DNA of 64,000 bases from Octopus sinensis (GCF_006345805.1 NC_043010.1:33480001-33544000), one strand, 5' to 3'; counted from the first letter of the stretch, positions 48,100 through 61,469 are shown. The notes: a model not told the origin generated them from the sequence alone. Translations and numbers: made by a program.

Positions 48100-48334
48100 A
48101 CAAGAAAGAGTGCGAGTCCTGATATCATTGCGTGCTGTGTTTTCTTCTTGGCTTTGTTTTTCTTGATGTTCTCTTTACACTGTTTATCAGTTCACATACC
48201 ATTATTTGATACCGTTTTGTTTTGTCACTTACACACCCGCACCCACGGCGAACTAACTCGGTGACGGTGAATCGAACCACTGGTAAAACTCGCTAACATT
48301 TGCATACATTCTCCCACTTAAAACATCCAAAGTA

Positions 48335-48398
<64 letters not shown>

Positions 48399-49950
48399 TG
48401 TGTGCATATACCTATGAATATTTATGTGTATACATATTCGTGTGTGTGTGTACATATATTGTGTTTCTGTGCGTGTATGTGTGTATACACACACACATAC
48501 AGAGAGACAACGTTCGCACACGCACATATCCGCTCGTCCAATACTTGTATTTTTCTGTTTAATTCGCATATCCTACAAATTAAATTTCAATTTAAAAATA
48601 TCTGTTTGAATTAGTTGTGTGTGTATATAATCTTTTAATTCTAAAGTAGATATCGTACTCGCTACTTGCTTTCGCCTTTCTCCCTCCTATATATACGCAG
48701 ATACACACACACATACACATGGAGATGTATATATGCATGCATATACTCATCATATAATTGTATATGAGGGGAGGGTAAGCACAATAGAAAGCAGATAAGG
48801 AAAGTCCCCATTGGTGTGTGTGAAGGAGGGGAATCAGTCCTTTAAATTTGTTTCGATGTTGTTTCTTTTTTATTTTTTTTGTAATTCACTGCATCAACCT
48901 CATCCCACACCTCCTTTCCTCCCCTCCCACTACCTGTGTGTGTTCTTGTGGCGGCAGCCTGACCGACATTTGCCGACACACTGACGCCACACGCACACAT
49001 GGGCGCACTAGCACACACTCACACGCACACAAGCAAATGCACAGGCTGACGCCCGTCTCTTCCTCATCCCCTTTGAGAGTAATACGGGCGCTGTTCTTGT
49101 CGGTGGTTATGATGTTGGTGTGAAAGGTGGTGGTGGTGGTGGAAGAAGGAGTAGATGTGTATGCGTGCGTGTGTGTGTGTGTGTGTAGTTGGATAGATGT
49201 ATGTAGATGGGTAAAAATGTGTGTGCGTAAAAGAGAGAGAGAACCAACGTATTCATTTGAATAAACGCATACATGCGTTTATTCAAATGAATGTGTTGGT
49301 TGAATCCGGGAATCCTTCCGCTACTCGTTTCGATGACGAGGAAACTAGTTGAATGAAAACTTCACTCAACATCTTTTCTCTCTCTCGTTCACACACGCAT
49401 ATACACACATTCCTTCCGTCCCTCACTCACTCTCTCTCCATTTCTATGTATTTGTCTGTCTATCTATCAGCTATCTCTCTCCCATCCCCATAAGTTCTCC
49501 GTTGTCCACTCATTTCCTTCATTTAGTTGCCCTTCCTCCCACCACGTCTTCACCTCCGTATTACTCACTGCCCCCTTTCTCCTCAAAGAGTCTCCACTTC
49601 GACTTCCCCGTCGTCTTTTTGCTCTATCTACCGCTCTCTTCTTCTTCTCCAAATCATTCACTGAAGCAAACCGACCCTCTCTTCTATTTTCTCAAGAGCC
49701 CCGCATTTCATTTGATCCCGGTTTACATCTCCTACGCGTTTACCTCCCCTCCACACATATCGCTTCTTCTTCCCGCCCCATTCCCTCTTTACTCCAATTC
49801 CTCCGTATCTCTGTCGCCACCGCCACAACCGGGCTATCCTATTGTGGTGTGAAGTGGGGGGGGGGGTGAGGAGAGGTTGGAGAGTTGTCAAGACACTTTA
49901 TATATAGCAATAACGCTTTGGAAACGGCAGCGACTGCAGCAGTAACTGCA
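48100..49950. promoter_or_regulatory. CpG-retaining, promoter-like region with a minus-strand candidate exon (48233-48316)
   Basis: Many CpGs in non-repeat sequence relative to flanks; long CT tract 49370-49830; donor GGTGT|GTAAGT at 48227-48232. Confidence 0.45.
49242..49301 (+). other. 29-bp stem hairpin (20-bp perfect core)
   Basis: ATTCATTTGAATAAACGCAT-AC-ATGCGTTTATTCAAATGAAT extended by AACCAACGT/GTGTTGGTT with two G:U pairs on the plus strand. Confidence 0.9.
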
Positions 49951-50399
49951 GCTGCAATTGCAGCAAGTAATTGCAACAGTAAAAGATGGGAAACCTCATC
50001 TCTTAGCGCTGGATCGATCTGCTAGAAATAACAGTCAAATTTTCTCCACAGTTCACAACCCATCATCTCAAAATAGAAAAGATGAGATGTTAGATAATGC
50101 TATCTAACTTACACAAATGTTGCCCACCCTTGACTTTGTTTCCTCATAACTTTCAGAAAAATTGATATGCTTAATGTAATTTTCTACAAATACCTTTCAG
50201 ATGGTGTAGATCACGATTATATCGGAATTAAATGTTAAAAAGAAAATGTCAGGGGCGCATACATACTGATACACATTCAAGATTCATTTTCTAGCTGTGT
50301 GTGTGTGTGTCAGTATGTATCTGTGTGAGCCCATCATCTTTTCCTTTTTTCCACATTTAATTCTTATACAACCCTAATCTACCCTATTTGAAAATTATT

Positions 50400-50968
50400 G
50401 GTATCGCTGTGTAGTAAGAAGTTTACTTCTCAACCACATGGTTCTAGGTTCGGTCCCATGATGTGTCATCTACAGCAGGTGTCTACTGTAAGCTTAAGGC
50501 CAACCAACGCCTTGTGAGTGGATTCAATGGATGGCAACCGCAACCTGTCGTGTGTGTGTGTGTGTGTGTATAGGCATTTTTTCGATGGCTGGATAACTGA
50601 AGAGATGGTGGCGTGGGTTTCCGCCCCGACATCCAAAGCTCGGAGTTTTATCATGGCTACCGAATAATATATATATATAGGTGGTGCTCCAGCATGGTGA
50701 CAGTCAAATGACTGAAACAAGTAAAAGAATTAAAAAAAAAAGAAATAGTATGTATAGGCACAGATATGGCTGTGGTAAGCAGTTTGCTTCCCATTCACAT
50801 GGTACTAGGTTCAGTCCCACTGCATGGTGCCCAAGCTTTATGAGTGGATTTGGTAGATGGAAACTGTGAAGAAACGAAGGAACTTATATACATATATATA
50901 TATATATGTGTGTGTATATATATATATGTGTGTGTATATATATATATATATGTATGTATATGTATATA

Positions 50969-51047
<79 letters not shown>

Positions 51048-51270
51048 TATGTATGTATTTGTGCGTGCATGTTTGTCTCCCCTGCGATCGCTTGACAACC
51101 AACGCCGGTGTGTTTATGACCCCATAACATAGCGGTTTGGCAAAAGAGACCGATAAAATAAGTACTAGGCTTACAAAGAACAAGTCCTGGGGTCGATTTC
51201 TTCAACTAAAACTCTTTAAGGTGGTATTCCAGCATGGCTGCAGTCAAATGACTGAAACTAGTAAAAGAAT
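50400..51270 (+). mobile_element. Two tandem SINE family A copies, second with ~180-bp internal microsatellite expansion
   Basis: Heads at ~50405 and ~50760. Confidence 0.8.
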
Positions 51271-51966
51271 TATGTATATACATATATAGATATATAAGAT
51301 GAGAATGTGTGTCTGTCTGTCTATCTGTGTGAATCCCTAAAACTCGAGAACTACACCACCAATTTCATTCAAATTTTACACATGCCCTACTTAGGGTCTA
51401 TGTAGTGTCGTGGGCTAAAAAAATTTCAACTTCTTGTCTAATGCAAGCCCAGAGCAATCTCTTATCTCTCACTATTTCAGCATTGCATGTCAAAAGTGAA
51501 ACAATACTACTTTTACTTTAATAGTTTCACTATTAATACTGAAACTATTAAAGTGAAACTATTATCTCACATATATACAGGCATTCATTCATTCATATAT
51601 ATATGTATATATGATGATGATGATGTTGGTAAGTTGCTATGTGTCTTCTGCTATAGCCTCAGACCAACCAAAGCTTTGAGTGTTTTTCGTAGACAGAAAC
51701 TGAAAGAAATCAATCGTATATATATATATATAAGTGTATGTGTATGTCTTTGTGTCTGTGTTTCTCCCTCATCACTACTTGACAACTGCTGTTGGTTTAT
51801 TTACATCCCCATAACTTACTGGTTTGACAAGAAGTGGCTGATAGAATAAGTACCAGGCTTATAAAAAAAAAAAAAAGCACTCAAGTCGATTCATTCGCTA
51901 AAAAATTCTTCAAGGTAGTGTCTCATATTTTTGTTTGCCCACTCAGTTGTATCTATCAATCTATCT

Positions 51967-52003
<37 letters not shown>

Positions 52004-52025
52004 TTTGTATATGTGCATATTTATA

Positions 52026-53290
52026 TCTCTTACATAAAATTCAATGTCTTTATATGTGTTTGTGTTACTTATAGATTCAAAAACTACTGCACCGATCCTA
52101 ATGAAATTTGGAACACAAAATCCAAGCCTAGGGAGAAGGGTAATGCTGTGTGTTTCATACAATTTCATGGACCAAAATTACTGAATGCATCCTTATGATA
52201 TTTGGAACTTAGATTCAATGCAATATGTTTGGTTTGAATTTCAGATGGCTTAAAGGGGGCAGAACCCCTATGAAAATTCATAAATTTCCGATGTTGATGA
52301 AATTTCAACCATAGGTAATTGACACACATCAAGAAGTATTCCCAAAGTTTCTGCTTCTCATGAGGATTCTAAGACCCCCTAATGAACATTATTTGTAATT
52401 CAGTGGTACAACAGTGTAAGAGTTTGCTTTGAGATAATACTTAGATTGTGATTTCTGCAATGTGGTGCATAAATTGTCAAGTAAAAGAGAGGCATCTTTG
52501 CTTCCACTGATTCAGTTGTTATCACTGGGTCAGATATAGTCCCTAGATGGTAACATTGATTTCAAGGTCTTCCCAGATAAGTGACTGGTCATTCAAAAAG
52601 ATTTATAGATTGCAAATTTATTCTGTCCAGCTACCTATCAGCATAGTGATCATTAGCAAACTCCAGAGGTGACACTTCCTTTTCCCCTTAGCCCTCACAT
52701 CACACATGTTTATTTGAGTTGGGTGAAGCCCTTCCAATTGCTATAGATCCGTAATGCATTTTATGGGAATCCTACATTGGGGAGTGGTAATGACTAGGGT
52801 GGCTGACTGCTTATTGTGATCATTTGTCTTTTGGTTTCCTGTAGCTTTACTCTCTTTTACACACTCTTCTGAACATTCATATATTTCCAATTTCAAAGAA
52901 ATTTGAACAATAGATATAAGACCCAAGTTTAAAAGATTACCAACAATTCAACTTCTCTGGTTAGCTTTAAGACCCCACCCCCAATAGGGGCCTTAACTTC
53001 CACATTTTAGAACTCTATGTGTCCATGTGCTCCATTCTTCAGGAGCAAAAACCTTTGAATAGGTTTCATAAGATTTGTAATTTGGAATCTAGGCATAAAG
53101 ATGAGTAGTATGGGATAAATATGTCATGATTAGAATTTTGTTAGGGTGTGTAAAGAGGGAAAGAACCCTCATTAAAATTCTTAATCTGCAACTTTGATGA
53201 AATTCGAATCATAGGTATTCCAGTTCAGAGAAAATACAAAAGAAAAGTCTAATTCCATGTGACACAGACAAAGCCAGGTGTCTCTGCTAG
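52026..53290 (+). mobile_element. Putative ~1.26-kb non-autonomous Helitron
   Basis: A|TC start, ACCGATCCTAATGAAATTTGG motif, internal degenerate duplications (~52255 vs ~53155), end GCCAGGTGTCTCTGCTAG|T. Confidence 0.5.
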
Positions 53291-53319
53291 TATATAAATA
53301 TATATATATATATATATAT

Positions 53320-53665
53320 AGGCACAAGTGTGGCTGTGTGGTAAGTAGCTTGCTTACCAATCACATGGTTCCAGGTTCAGTCCTGCTGCAGTGTCTTCTA
53401 CTATAGCCTCGGGCCAACCAAAGCCTTGTGAGTGGATTCAGTCAATAGAAACTGAAAGAAGCCCGTTGTGTGTGTGTATATGTTTGCGTTTCTCTGTTTG
53501 TCCCCCACACCATCGCTTGACAATCGATGTTGGTTCGGCAATAGAGACCAATAGAATAAGTACTTGGCTTACAAAAAATAAGTTCTGGAGTCGATTTGAT
53601 CGACTAAAGGAAGTGCTCCAGCATGACCACAATCAAATGACTGAAACAAATAAAAAAATAAAAGA
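53320..53665 (+). mobile_element. SINE family A
   Basis: Head to tail. Confidence 0.85.
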
Positions 53666-54689
53666 AAATACAATAATCCTTTGCCTATCACAGGTGTTAC
53701 ATTCCTATACCTCCCATGATAGGTGAAAATCTGCGAAGTAGAAACAGTGCTGTATTGTATATTTAAAAAATTATTCTTATAATTTGTATATATTTATTTT
53801 ATTATAAATGCAAAACATGGCGGGATTGACGTAAGCTTAAATAAATAAACTGCAACTGCAATATGACGAGGGATTACTTTGTGTTTGTTCTGTACCACTA
53901 CTTTGTAAAAGTTGTGAGGAAACAAAGTCAACTCATGAGAATTTATTCAAAACTCCACTAATTCTGATACATTCAGAGCCTACACCTTCTGGTATTTGAA
54001 GAAAATTTCAATAAAACTTCAATTTTTTTCTGAAAGTTATGAGGAAGCAGATTGGCGGAAGACACACACACATCTAGGTATGACTAACCTAACATAGGAA
54101 AAAGATGGGATGGTCACTTCTGGAAATGTCTCTCATCATAGGTCTGTCTGCTCAATCGAGGTTGTCCTGGGACTAAACAAGACTAATAGTCAGTGTAAGA
54201 ACTGTGACTGCTGCAGCATTAGTATATGATAACCACTGCAACATTATCACCCGTTGTGTGTTATTTTGTGTGTTGTCTTAAGAGAGCAGATCTTGTACTG
54301 ATGGTTGTTGTGTCAACCAGCACTGGGTTAACCATTAAGCGAAATAAACATGTGCTTAGAGCATCAAGGAAAGTGAGGGTGAGTAGAAGGGCACCACAAA
54401 AATGGTAAATGGTTTATGGCACAAAAGAAATCACTTCAAGCTTGTTAAAATGATATTCAAAGTGATTTAAATGATTGGAAATATAATTTTGAAGTGTTCA
54501 GGTGTCATAGTGAGGATCTGATCAAAGACTTTGTGATTAAAAAGAACAAGAGAAAACTTTTGAAATATAAATGAAGTAGAAGTATACAAAAATAAACATT
54601 ATTTTCCATCTTACTGTTAGTTTTGTTTCATTTAAAAAAATCTATTTCATAGTTTATTATTGTTTATATTCTGAATAAAAACCATGACA

Positions 54690-54980
54690 GCAGGAAGCCC
54701 TTTTTGTTCTAGCACCTTCTAATATCCTCCTCGGTATCAGAATGTGACTGGTGGTTGATCTTTCTTCTTTGAAGCTATTCTGGTTGTCCCTGAGCTTCTC
54801 CATCTCGGGCTGGATCCTGTTAGGAATCATCCTGTTGAGTGACATCAGTGAGATCCCCCTGTAGTTGTTGATGTTAGAAAGATCTCCCTTCTTTGGCACT
54901 GGGATGATGTTACTGATTCTCCACTGATTCAGGGCAATTCCTTTTTCCAATGCCTTTAATTCTGTGGACCATCTTGCTTA
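54690..54980 (-). pseudogene. LINE RT N-terminal remnant (RTE-like, different family)
   Basis: ORF 54657-54950: WRISNIIPVPKKGDLSNINNYRGISL...LRDNQNSF...RSTTSHI. Confidence 0.8.
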
Positions 54981-55239
54981 CCTGCCCTAGATAGAGATAG
55001 ATATTTTGAATTACATATATTTGGAGCACCAAAATCTTTTTTAAGTGCTTTAGGCCTCTTTGGGTCTTAATCCAGCTCTGGTTCCAACTCTAAATCACTC
55101 TTAGTATAGGTTAAAACTGTGTCCAAAGTTGTTTGAGTCATGGACCACCCCATTTTTATTTTCAGACATAGTGTATCTAGGACTGTTATCATTTAATGTA
55201 TCGTTTATTTTTCTAAAACTATTGGTGTAAGTTTTGGAA

Positions 55240-55314
55240 GATTTGGCTGCCATTTCTAGCAAGTTGACGTTTCTTTGCTATGGTCACTTGATTTGCTAAA
55301 ATAGCAACCAAATC
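55240..55314. repeat. Short fold-back with GATTTGGCTGCTATTTCTAGC-type ends
   Basis: GATTTGGCTGCCATTTCTAGCAA ... TTGCTAAAATAGCAACCAAATC. Confidence 0.65.
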
Positions 55315-55957
55315 ATAAAATCACTATCTGCTATTTAAAAAGAAAAAAAAAATGACATTAGATAATGCAGTCCAGGGATATACAATGTCTGAAAAAAGAC
55401 AGAGTTGTCATGGCTGGAATGCCTTTGGTCAGCATTAAACTGGGAGTAAACCACCACAACCGCCATAACAACAACAACTATGATAGACTTAATCATCACC
55501 AATTCATAGAGTGAACCTTTCCTCCCACCACCACCGCCTCTATTGCTACTGGATGTGTGGGTGATGATAAGGGATAGGGGAAGAGTATGTGTGAGTATCT
55601 ACATTTACACTGGAGCCATCATTTGTAAACATGTGGGCGGTAGTGTTGGGGAGGATGCCACACACCAAGAAAGTGAGTATATAGGGTACAGGGTACAGTC
55701 ACACCCTGCCACCCTTGTTTTTATCACAAGCACCTTAAAGTACAGTTTGGTGGGAGTGAACCCTAGACCCCCCATCATCACAATGTTGGTTGATGTGTGT
55801 ACAGGCTTCACACTGGAGCCATTCTAGTAAACAAGTGGCGGTGGAAGTAGCTGACATCCAGGCCAATAGTTGGAGAGAGGACAGCATGCTGGTTAATCTT
55901 ACCCTCCCTACACACATCCCTTCCACCATTCATCTCTGCTTCTATGTTTTATGGGTT

Positions 55958-55995
<38 letters not shown>

Positions 55996-56029
55996 AGTCT
56001 ATCACCTCCAATTTATCTTGTTCTCATCT

Positions 56030-56255
56030 TATTTCTTTACTGTCCACAAAGGGGTACACACAGAGGGGACAAACAAGGACAGACAAACAGGATTAGGTCG
56101 TTTTATACACCAGAGCATAACTGGTATTTATTTAATCAACCCTGAAAGGATGGAAGGCAAAGTCGACCTCGGTGGAATTTGAACTCAGAACATAACGGCA
56201 AACGAAATACCCTTAAGCATTTCGCCCGGCGTGCTAACATTTCTGCCAGCTCGAT
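56030..56255 (-). mobile_element. SINE family B (GGGACAAACAAGGACAG-tailed variant)
   Basis: Same structure as 9040-9275. Confidence 0.8.
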
Positions 56256-56554
56256 GTCTTCATCCTCGCCCTTGCTCTCATCTTGTGGACTTCTGTTATC
56301 TAACCACATTTAAACCCTGAGTGAGTAGACTTATGCCCAGAAGCATTCCCAACGTGACCATCATGTCTTTTTTTTTTTTCATTTTTTTTCATTTTTTGAA
56401 GCTTAGCATATATATCTGGGACTACATTCTCCACTATTTCCTTTAACTTTTGCTTAACCCTTTAGCATTTAAACTGGCCATATCCAGCCCAAATATGTCA
56501 GGTCTAGACTATTACACCTATCCTATAATGTCATCCTAAAAATAGACAATGATA

Positions 56555-56890
56555 TTGTGTGGTAAGTAGCTTGCTTACCAACCACATGGTTCTGGGTTCA
56601 GTCCCACTGCGTGGCACCTTGGGCAAGTGTCTTCTACTATAGCCTCGGGCCGACCAAAGCCTTGTGAGTGGATTTGGTAGACGGAAACTGAAAGAAGCCC
56701 ATTGTATATATGTATATATGTGTATGTGTTGTGTATCTGTGTTTGACCCCCCCCCCCAACATCGCTTGACAACCTGGTGTGTCCCTGTAACTTAGCGGTT
56801 CGCCAAAAGAGACCGATAGAATAAGTACTAGGTTTACAAACAATAAGTCCTGGGATTGGTTTGCTTGACTAAAGGCAGTGCTCCAGTATA
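56555..56890 (+). mobile_element. SINE family A, near consensus
   Basis: Head to tail, CpG intact. Confidence 0.88.
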
Positions 56891-57230
56891 GAGACAATAC
56901 ATGACTAATTCAAAACAATATGAACAAATAAGCTATACCCTTGGCAGAGAAATTTGACCAATGAAGGGGTTAAGCCAGTTTAGATGTGAAATGAAGGAGA
57001 CTTAGATGAGTTTTTTTTTCCAGTTAACTAAGCAACCATGTAGATACTTCCTTGATGCAGACCCTCTTCATTTGGTCAGCTCTTGCTGGACCCTACCCCT
57101 ATGATTTATAAAGCAAGTATCGGTTCTGTACCAGGGTAGATTCTTTAATTAATTAAATTATATATATACCTGTTCCATAAACGTTTGGCCTTGTGCCAAT
57201 AAATATTTGAAGTGTTATGTATATATGTAT

Positions 57231-57263
<33 letters not shown>

Positions 57264-57574
57264 TAATTATGATAATGATAATAATCACAATGCCTAAAAG
57301 CATTCTATCTGATGAAGTACCAACACAACTGTTGCTGAATTATATTCATTTATATAATTATACTATAGAATGACTTTATATAATGATATATGAGGGTATC
57401 AGGCACAGAAACAGATGTTGTAATTTGCTGCTAAAGCCTGTTTTTTTCCATCATCATGTTTTATAAATTTATAGATACATATACACATACATTACCTCAG
57501 TTATTCTTCTTTAGCGTTTTACTCTTTTACTGATTTTAGCCATTGGCATTTATCTACCCTGCAACACTTTTGTC

Positions 57575-57830
57575 AGTGGAGGCATGTGGTTTAGAGGTTA
57601 GGGTGTCGGACTCACGATAGTAAGATTGTGGTTTCAATTCCTGGATTGGGTGATGCATTGTGTTCTTGAGCAAAACACTTCATTTCACATTGCTCCAGTC
57701 CACTCAGCTGGTAGAAATGAGTAACACTGTGACAGACTGACATCCCGTCCAGGTGGGCAATATATACACCATCAAAACCAGGAAACTAAACCTTATGAGT
57801 CAGTATGACACGAGAAGGTAACTTTACCTT
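57575..57830 (+). mobile_element. SINE family C
   Basis: GGAGGCATGTGGTTTAGAGGTTAGGG...TTCTTGAGCAAAACACTT. Confidence 0.8.
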
Positions 57831-58359
57831 TACCAGTGTCAAGGGTTTTAGTAATTTGTATGAGGAAGAAAGGCAAAGGTAACGAAAAGTAAAGGAACAT
57901 AACTCGATATGACATTTTTTTTTCACACACTGATTTATACTATCCAACATTTACCTATATGTATATATCTATCTGCCTGTTTGTTAACAATGGTCAGTCT
58001 TAATGTCCATTTGATTTACCTTCTTCATTGCTATTGTTGTTGTTTTTTAGTCCCAGTTTAGCACACCTGTAATCAAAGACATTTCTGTTGTGATTATATT
58101 CGATCTTTTGTAAATCAGAGGCTATATTTTCCATTTCTCTTTTTCTTTTTTGCTGTCAGTTGAGAGGTTTTGCTGCTATTTCTAGCATTTCAAATTACCA
58201 TGTAGAGGTCTCGTGTCATTGAAGACTTAAGATATACATACATAATTTTTCCTATTACTAAATAATTATCTTTCATGTGAGAGGGAAGGTGTGTGTGTAT
58301 GTGCACACTCACATTACATTTGCAATATAACCAAAAGAAAATATTGTTCAAGAGCATAC

Positions 58360-58785
58360 TGGATGCAGATGTGGTGGCCATGTTAAGAAGCCTGCATTGC
58401 AACTATGAGATTTTGCATTTAGCCTCACTGCACAGCGCCTTGTCGAAGAGTCTTCTACTATGGCCCCTGGCCAACCAAAGCCATGTAAGTGCATTTGGTA
58501 GATGAAAAATGTGGAATTCCAGTGTGTATATATATTTCTGTGTGTGTGTGTGTGTGTGTGTGCGCGCACAAGTGCTTTGTTTGCTTTCCCCCACTGCTTG
58601 ACAACTGGTTTTGTTATGTTATGTTCTCATAACTTTGCAGTTCAGCAAAAGAGAATGATAGAATAATAACCAGATCTTTAAAAAAATATGTACTGGGGTG
58701 GATTTGTTCTTCTAAAAGAAGTCTTTCAAGGCAGTGTCTCTGCCTGGCCATAATCCTATGACTAAAACAAGTGAAAAATATAAGA
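58360..58785 (+). mobile_element. SINE family A, degenerate
   Basis: Head to tail. Confidence 0.75.
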
Positions 58786-60272
58786 TATGAAATCTTCCCT
58801 CAATCATTGTTGCTGATATTCATAATCGATGCTTCAACATTCCTTCCATTTCTCTGTGTATATGGATCTCTCTTTGTCTTGCCAACTGAGTAGAATATCC
58901 TTTGTTATGAAAGTCTAATAAGGCCAAAATAGGTTTTGTTGTTTTTGACCACTAGTCAGTTTTAAAGAGCCAAATCTATTCTATACTCTGCATTGTGTAT
59001 GTTGTCCAATAATTTCTGTTAGCTGATCTTAATAAAGTTACCTCCCTTTGTTTCTTTTCTTTTTTTTTCTCTTATTTTTTTAGCTCTCAAACAGCCACAA
59101 AATTTTGTTTACTAATTGCTAAGATAATCTCAATTGATGGAAGCTTTTCAACTCAGTGAGAGACCTACCATATTCATGTTATTTGATGTGCTGTGACTAT
59201 TTTTATTATTATTTATTCTTCTATTTTGCTGCTTTTATTGTTACTATATATGTGTGTGTACGTTGACACAGTATTGGAAGCTGATTATATAGAATGTGTT
59301 TGGTGTAAGTTGTGCTATGATACTACTGGATTGTGTAGAATCCAAGAAGTGTATTATGATGTATTATGCTGTTGTTTAGTCTCAGGTCAAGGCTAATTGA
59401 ACATGCTTATGATCACAGACGATCCAGTCATGACTATTCCAACTTTTTTTTTTCATATATTTTTTTAAAGTTAATACAGTTGGATTTCAGAGTAGTTTGT
59501 CTGTTATTTTAAGCAAACTTAGTGACTGCATAGAAACTCCTCCATGGAGTTGTGAATTTTATATTATATGAATTGTATGAGTTGTGGTTTTTAGATTAGA
59601 AGTTTCTTGTGCAGAAGTACAAAATATGTAGGTCTCTTTTGGGAGCTCTTTGTAAAATTGTGAGTCCTAGTTTTATTTTTCTCATGTTTAAGGCCATTTT
59701 TTTCACGTTAACATTGAACCAATTATTAGCCATGTTTTTTTTTACTCTTGTTTCTATTCGGAAGTTGTTTTTTTTAAATAGTGTTTTGACTGTCACGAGA
59801 AGGGTTTAATGTCTTGGATGGAATCGATCAAGTTGTCTTATCAGAATGCACACATTGTCATTTTCGTTACTGATTCCCCCAACCCGTTCTTCCTGGAGTC
59901 ATAGTTATGTCATTATTAAGTAATGAATTTAAGGGGAAAAATGACAAAACCATTAGCATATTGGACAAAATGTTTAGTGATGTTCTGAGTTCAATTACTG
60001 CTGAGGTTATCTTTGCCTTTTGTCTTTTCTGGGTCGATAAAACAAAAGTGCCAATCGGGTACGGGAGAGGGGGTCAGTGTAATCAACTACACCCTCATCC
60101 GTTACTTTAAATTGCTGGCTTTGTGCCAAGATTAGAAAGAATTATTATATAATGAAGTTCATATTCTTTGTATGAAAATATCTGTTGCATGTTGTACAAT
60201 GGATATAAACATACTAATTATGTTAGGGTATGTCAATATACATAACAAAGTATATCTATAATATCATTAAAA

Positions 60273-60484
60273 AGGCACCGAACTGGCAGAAATGTTAGCA
60301 ATCTGGGCGAAATGCTTAGCAGGCATTTCGTTTGTCTTTACATTCTGAGTTCAAATTCCGCCAAGGTCGACTTTGACTTTCAATCTTTTGGGCTCGAAAA
60401 ATTAAGTACCAGTCGCGTACTGGGGTCGATCTAATCAACTGGCCCCCTCCCATAAATTTTGGGCCCTGTACCTAGAATAGAAAA
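60273..60484 (+). mobile_element. SINE family B with a 20-bp flanking direct repeat
   Basis: CAATATACATAACAAAGTAT at 60234-60253 and ~60485-60504. Confidence 0.8.
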
Positions 60485-60509
60485 CAATATACATAACAAA
60501 GTATTCAAG

Positions 60510-60700
60510 GCTAATTGACCTGATATTGTTGTCAAGGATACCTAAGACAAAAGTACCTTCTTATTGAAATTATCAGTCCTAACAGAATGATGGATATATT
60601 CTCTCAAAGAAATGTAGAAATTATCCAAATATAAAGATCTGAAAATAGAGATAGCCTTAATGTAGGGGCTGAAAACAGAAACAATCTCTATAAGTAACTT
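60510..60700 (+). pseudogene. Restriction-like endonuclease remnant of an R4/Dong-type LINE
   Basis: Own translation N*PDIVVKD...SLKEM*KLSKYKDLKIEIALM*GLKTETI, matching the RPD...KEK..KY.DL..E...W pattern; several stops. Confidence 0.75.
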
Positions 60701-60914
60701 GAGAATGATACAGAAGAAAAATGCAGGCATGGCTACGTTGCATTGCAGCCACATGGTTTCAGGTTCAGTCCCACTGAAGAACTCTTTTGAATTAGTGTCT
60801 TCAGCTATAGTCCTGGGCCAACGAATGCCCTGTGAGGGAATTTGGTTGATAGAAACTGTGTGGAAGCCTGTTAGATATGTATGTATGTGCATCTAGTTGT
60901 CTGTCTGTCTATAT

Positions 60915-61130
60915 TCTTTTATTTGTTTCGGTCATTTGACTGTGGCCATGCAGGAGCACCACATTTAGTCAAACGAATCGATCCCAGGACTTATTCTTTG
61001 TAAGCCTAGTACTTATTCTATCGGTCTCTTTTGCCGAACCACTAAGTTACAGGGACATAAACACACCAACATTGGTTGTCAAACAATGGAGGGGGGGAAC
61101 GGACACAGACACGCAGACACACACACATAC
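60915..61130 (-). mobile_element. SINE family A, 3' half
   Basis: Tail motifs on minus. Confidence 0.8.
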
Positions 61131-61469
61131 ATATATAGTCACAATGAAGATATTTAAATCCCTTATGGGGATATTTATCCAAGATACACTGATTTAATAT
61201 ATTAAATTTTGAAGAGATATTTCTTCAATCAATATATTATATAGAATATCATAAGTTATCAAACATTTTTATTGAGTTATAAAACAGAGAGATCTGATGG
61301 ATACAATTTAATTTATTAATTAATCAACATATATAAATAAAACATATATAAAATATATTTATATATGTTTTGTAATTTTAATTTTGTTTGTGAAATGGAA
61401 CAATTGTTGGTGAATATGTTGATAGATTAATAAATTAATTTGTATCCATTAGATCTCTCTGTTTTCTTA

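Noticed and set aside
49349-49891. 167-aa Ser/Pro/Leu-rich ORF and antisense ORFs
   Set aside because: Composition follows from the CT-rich tract; no coding signature.
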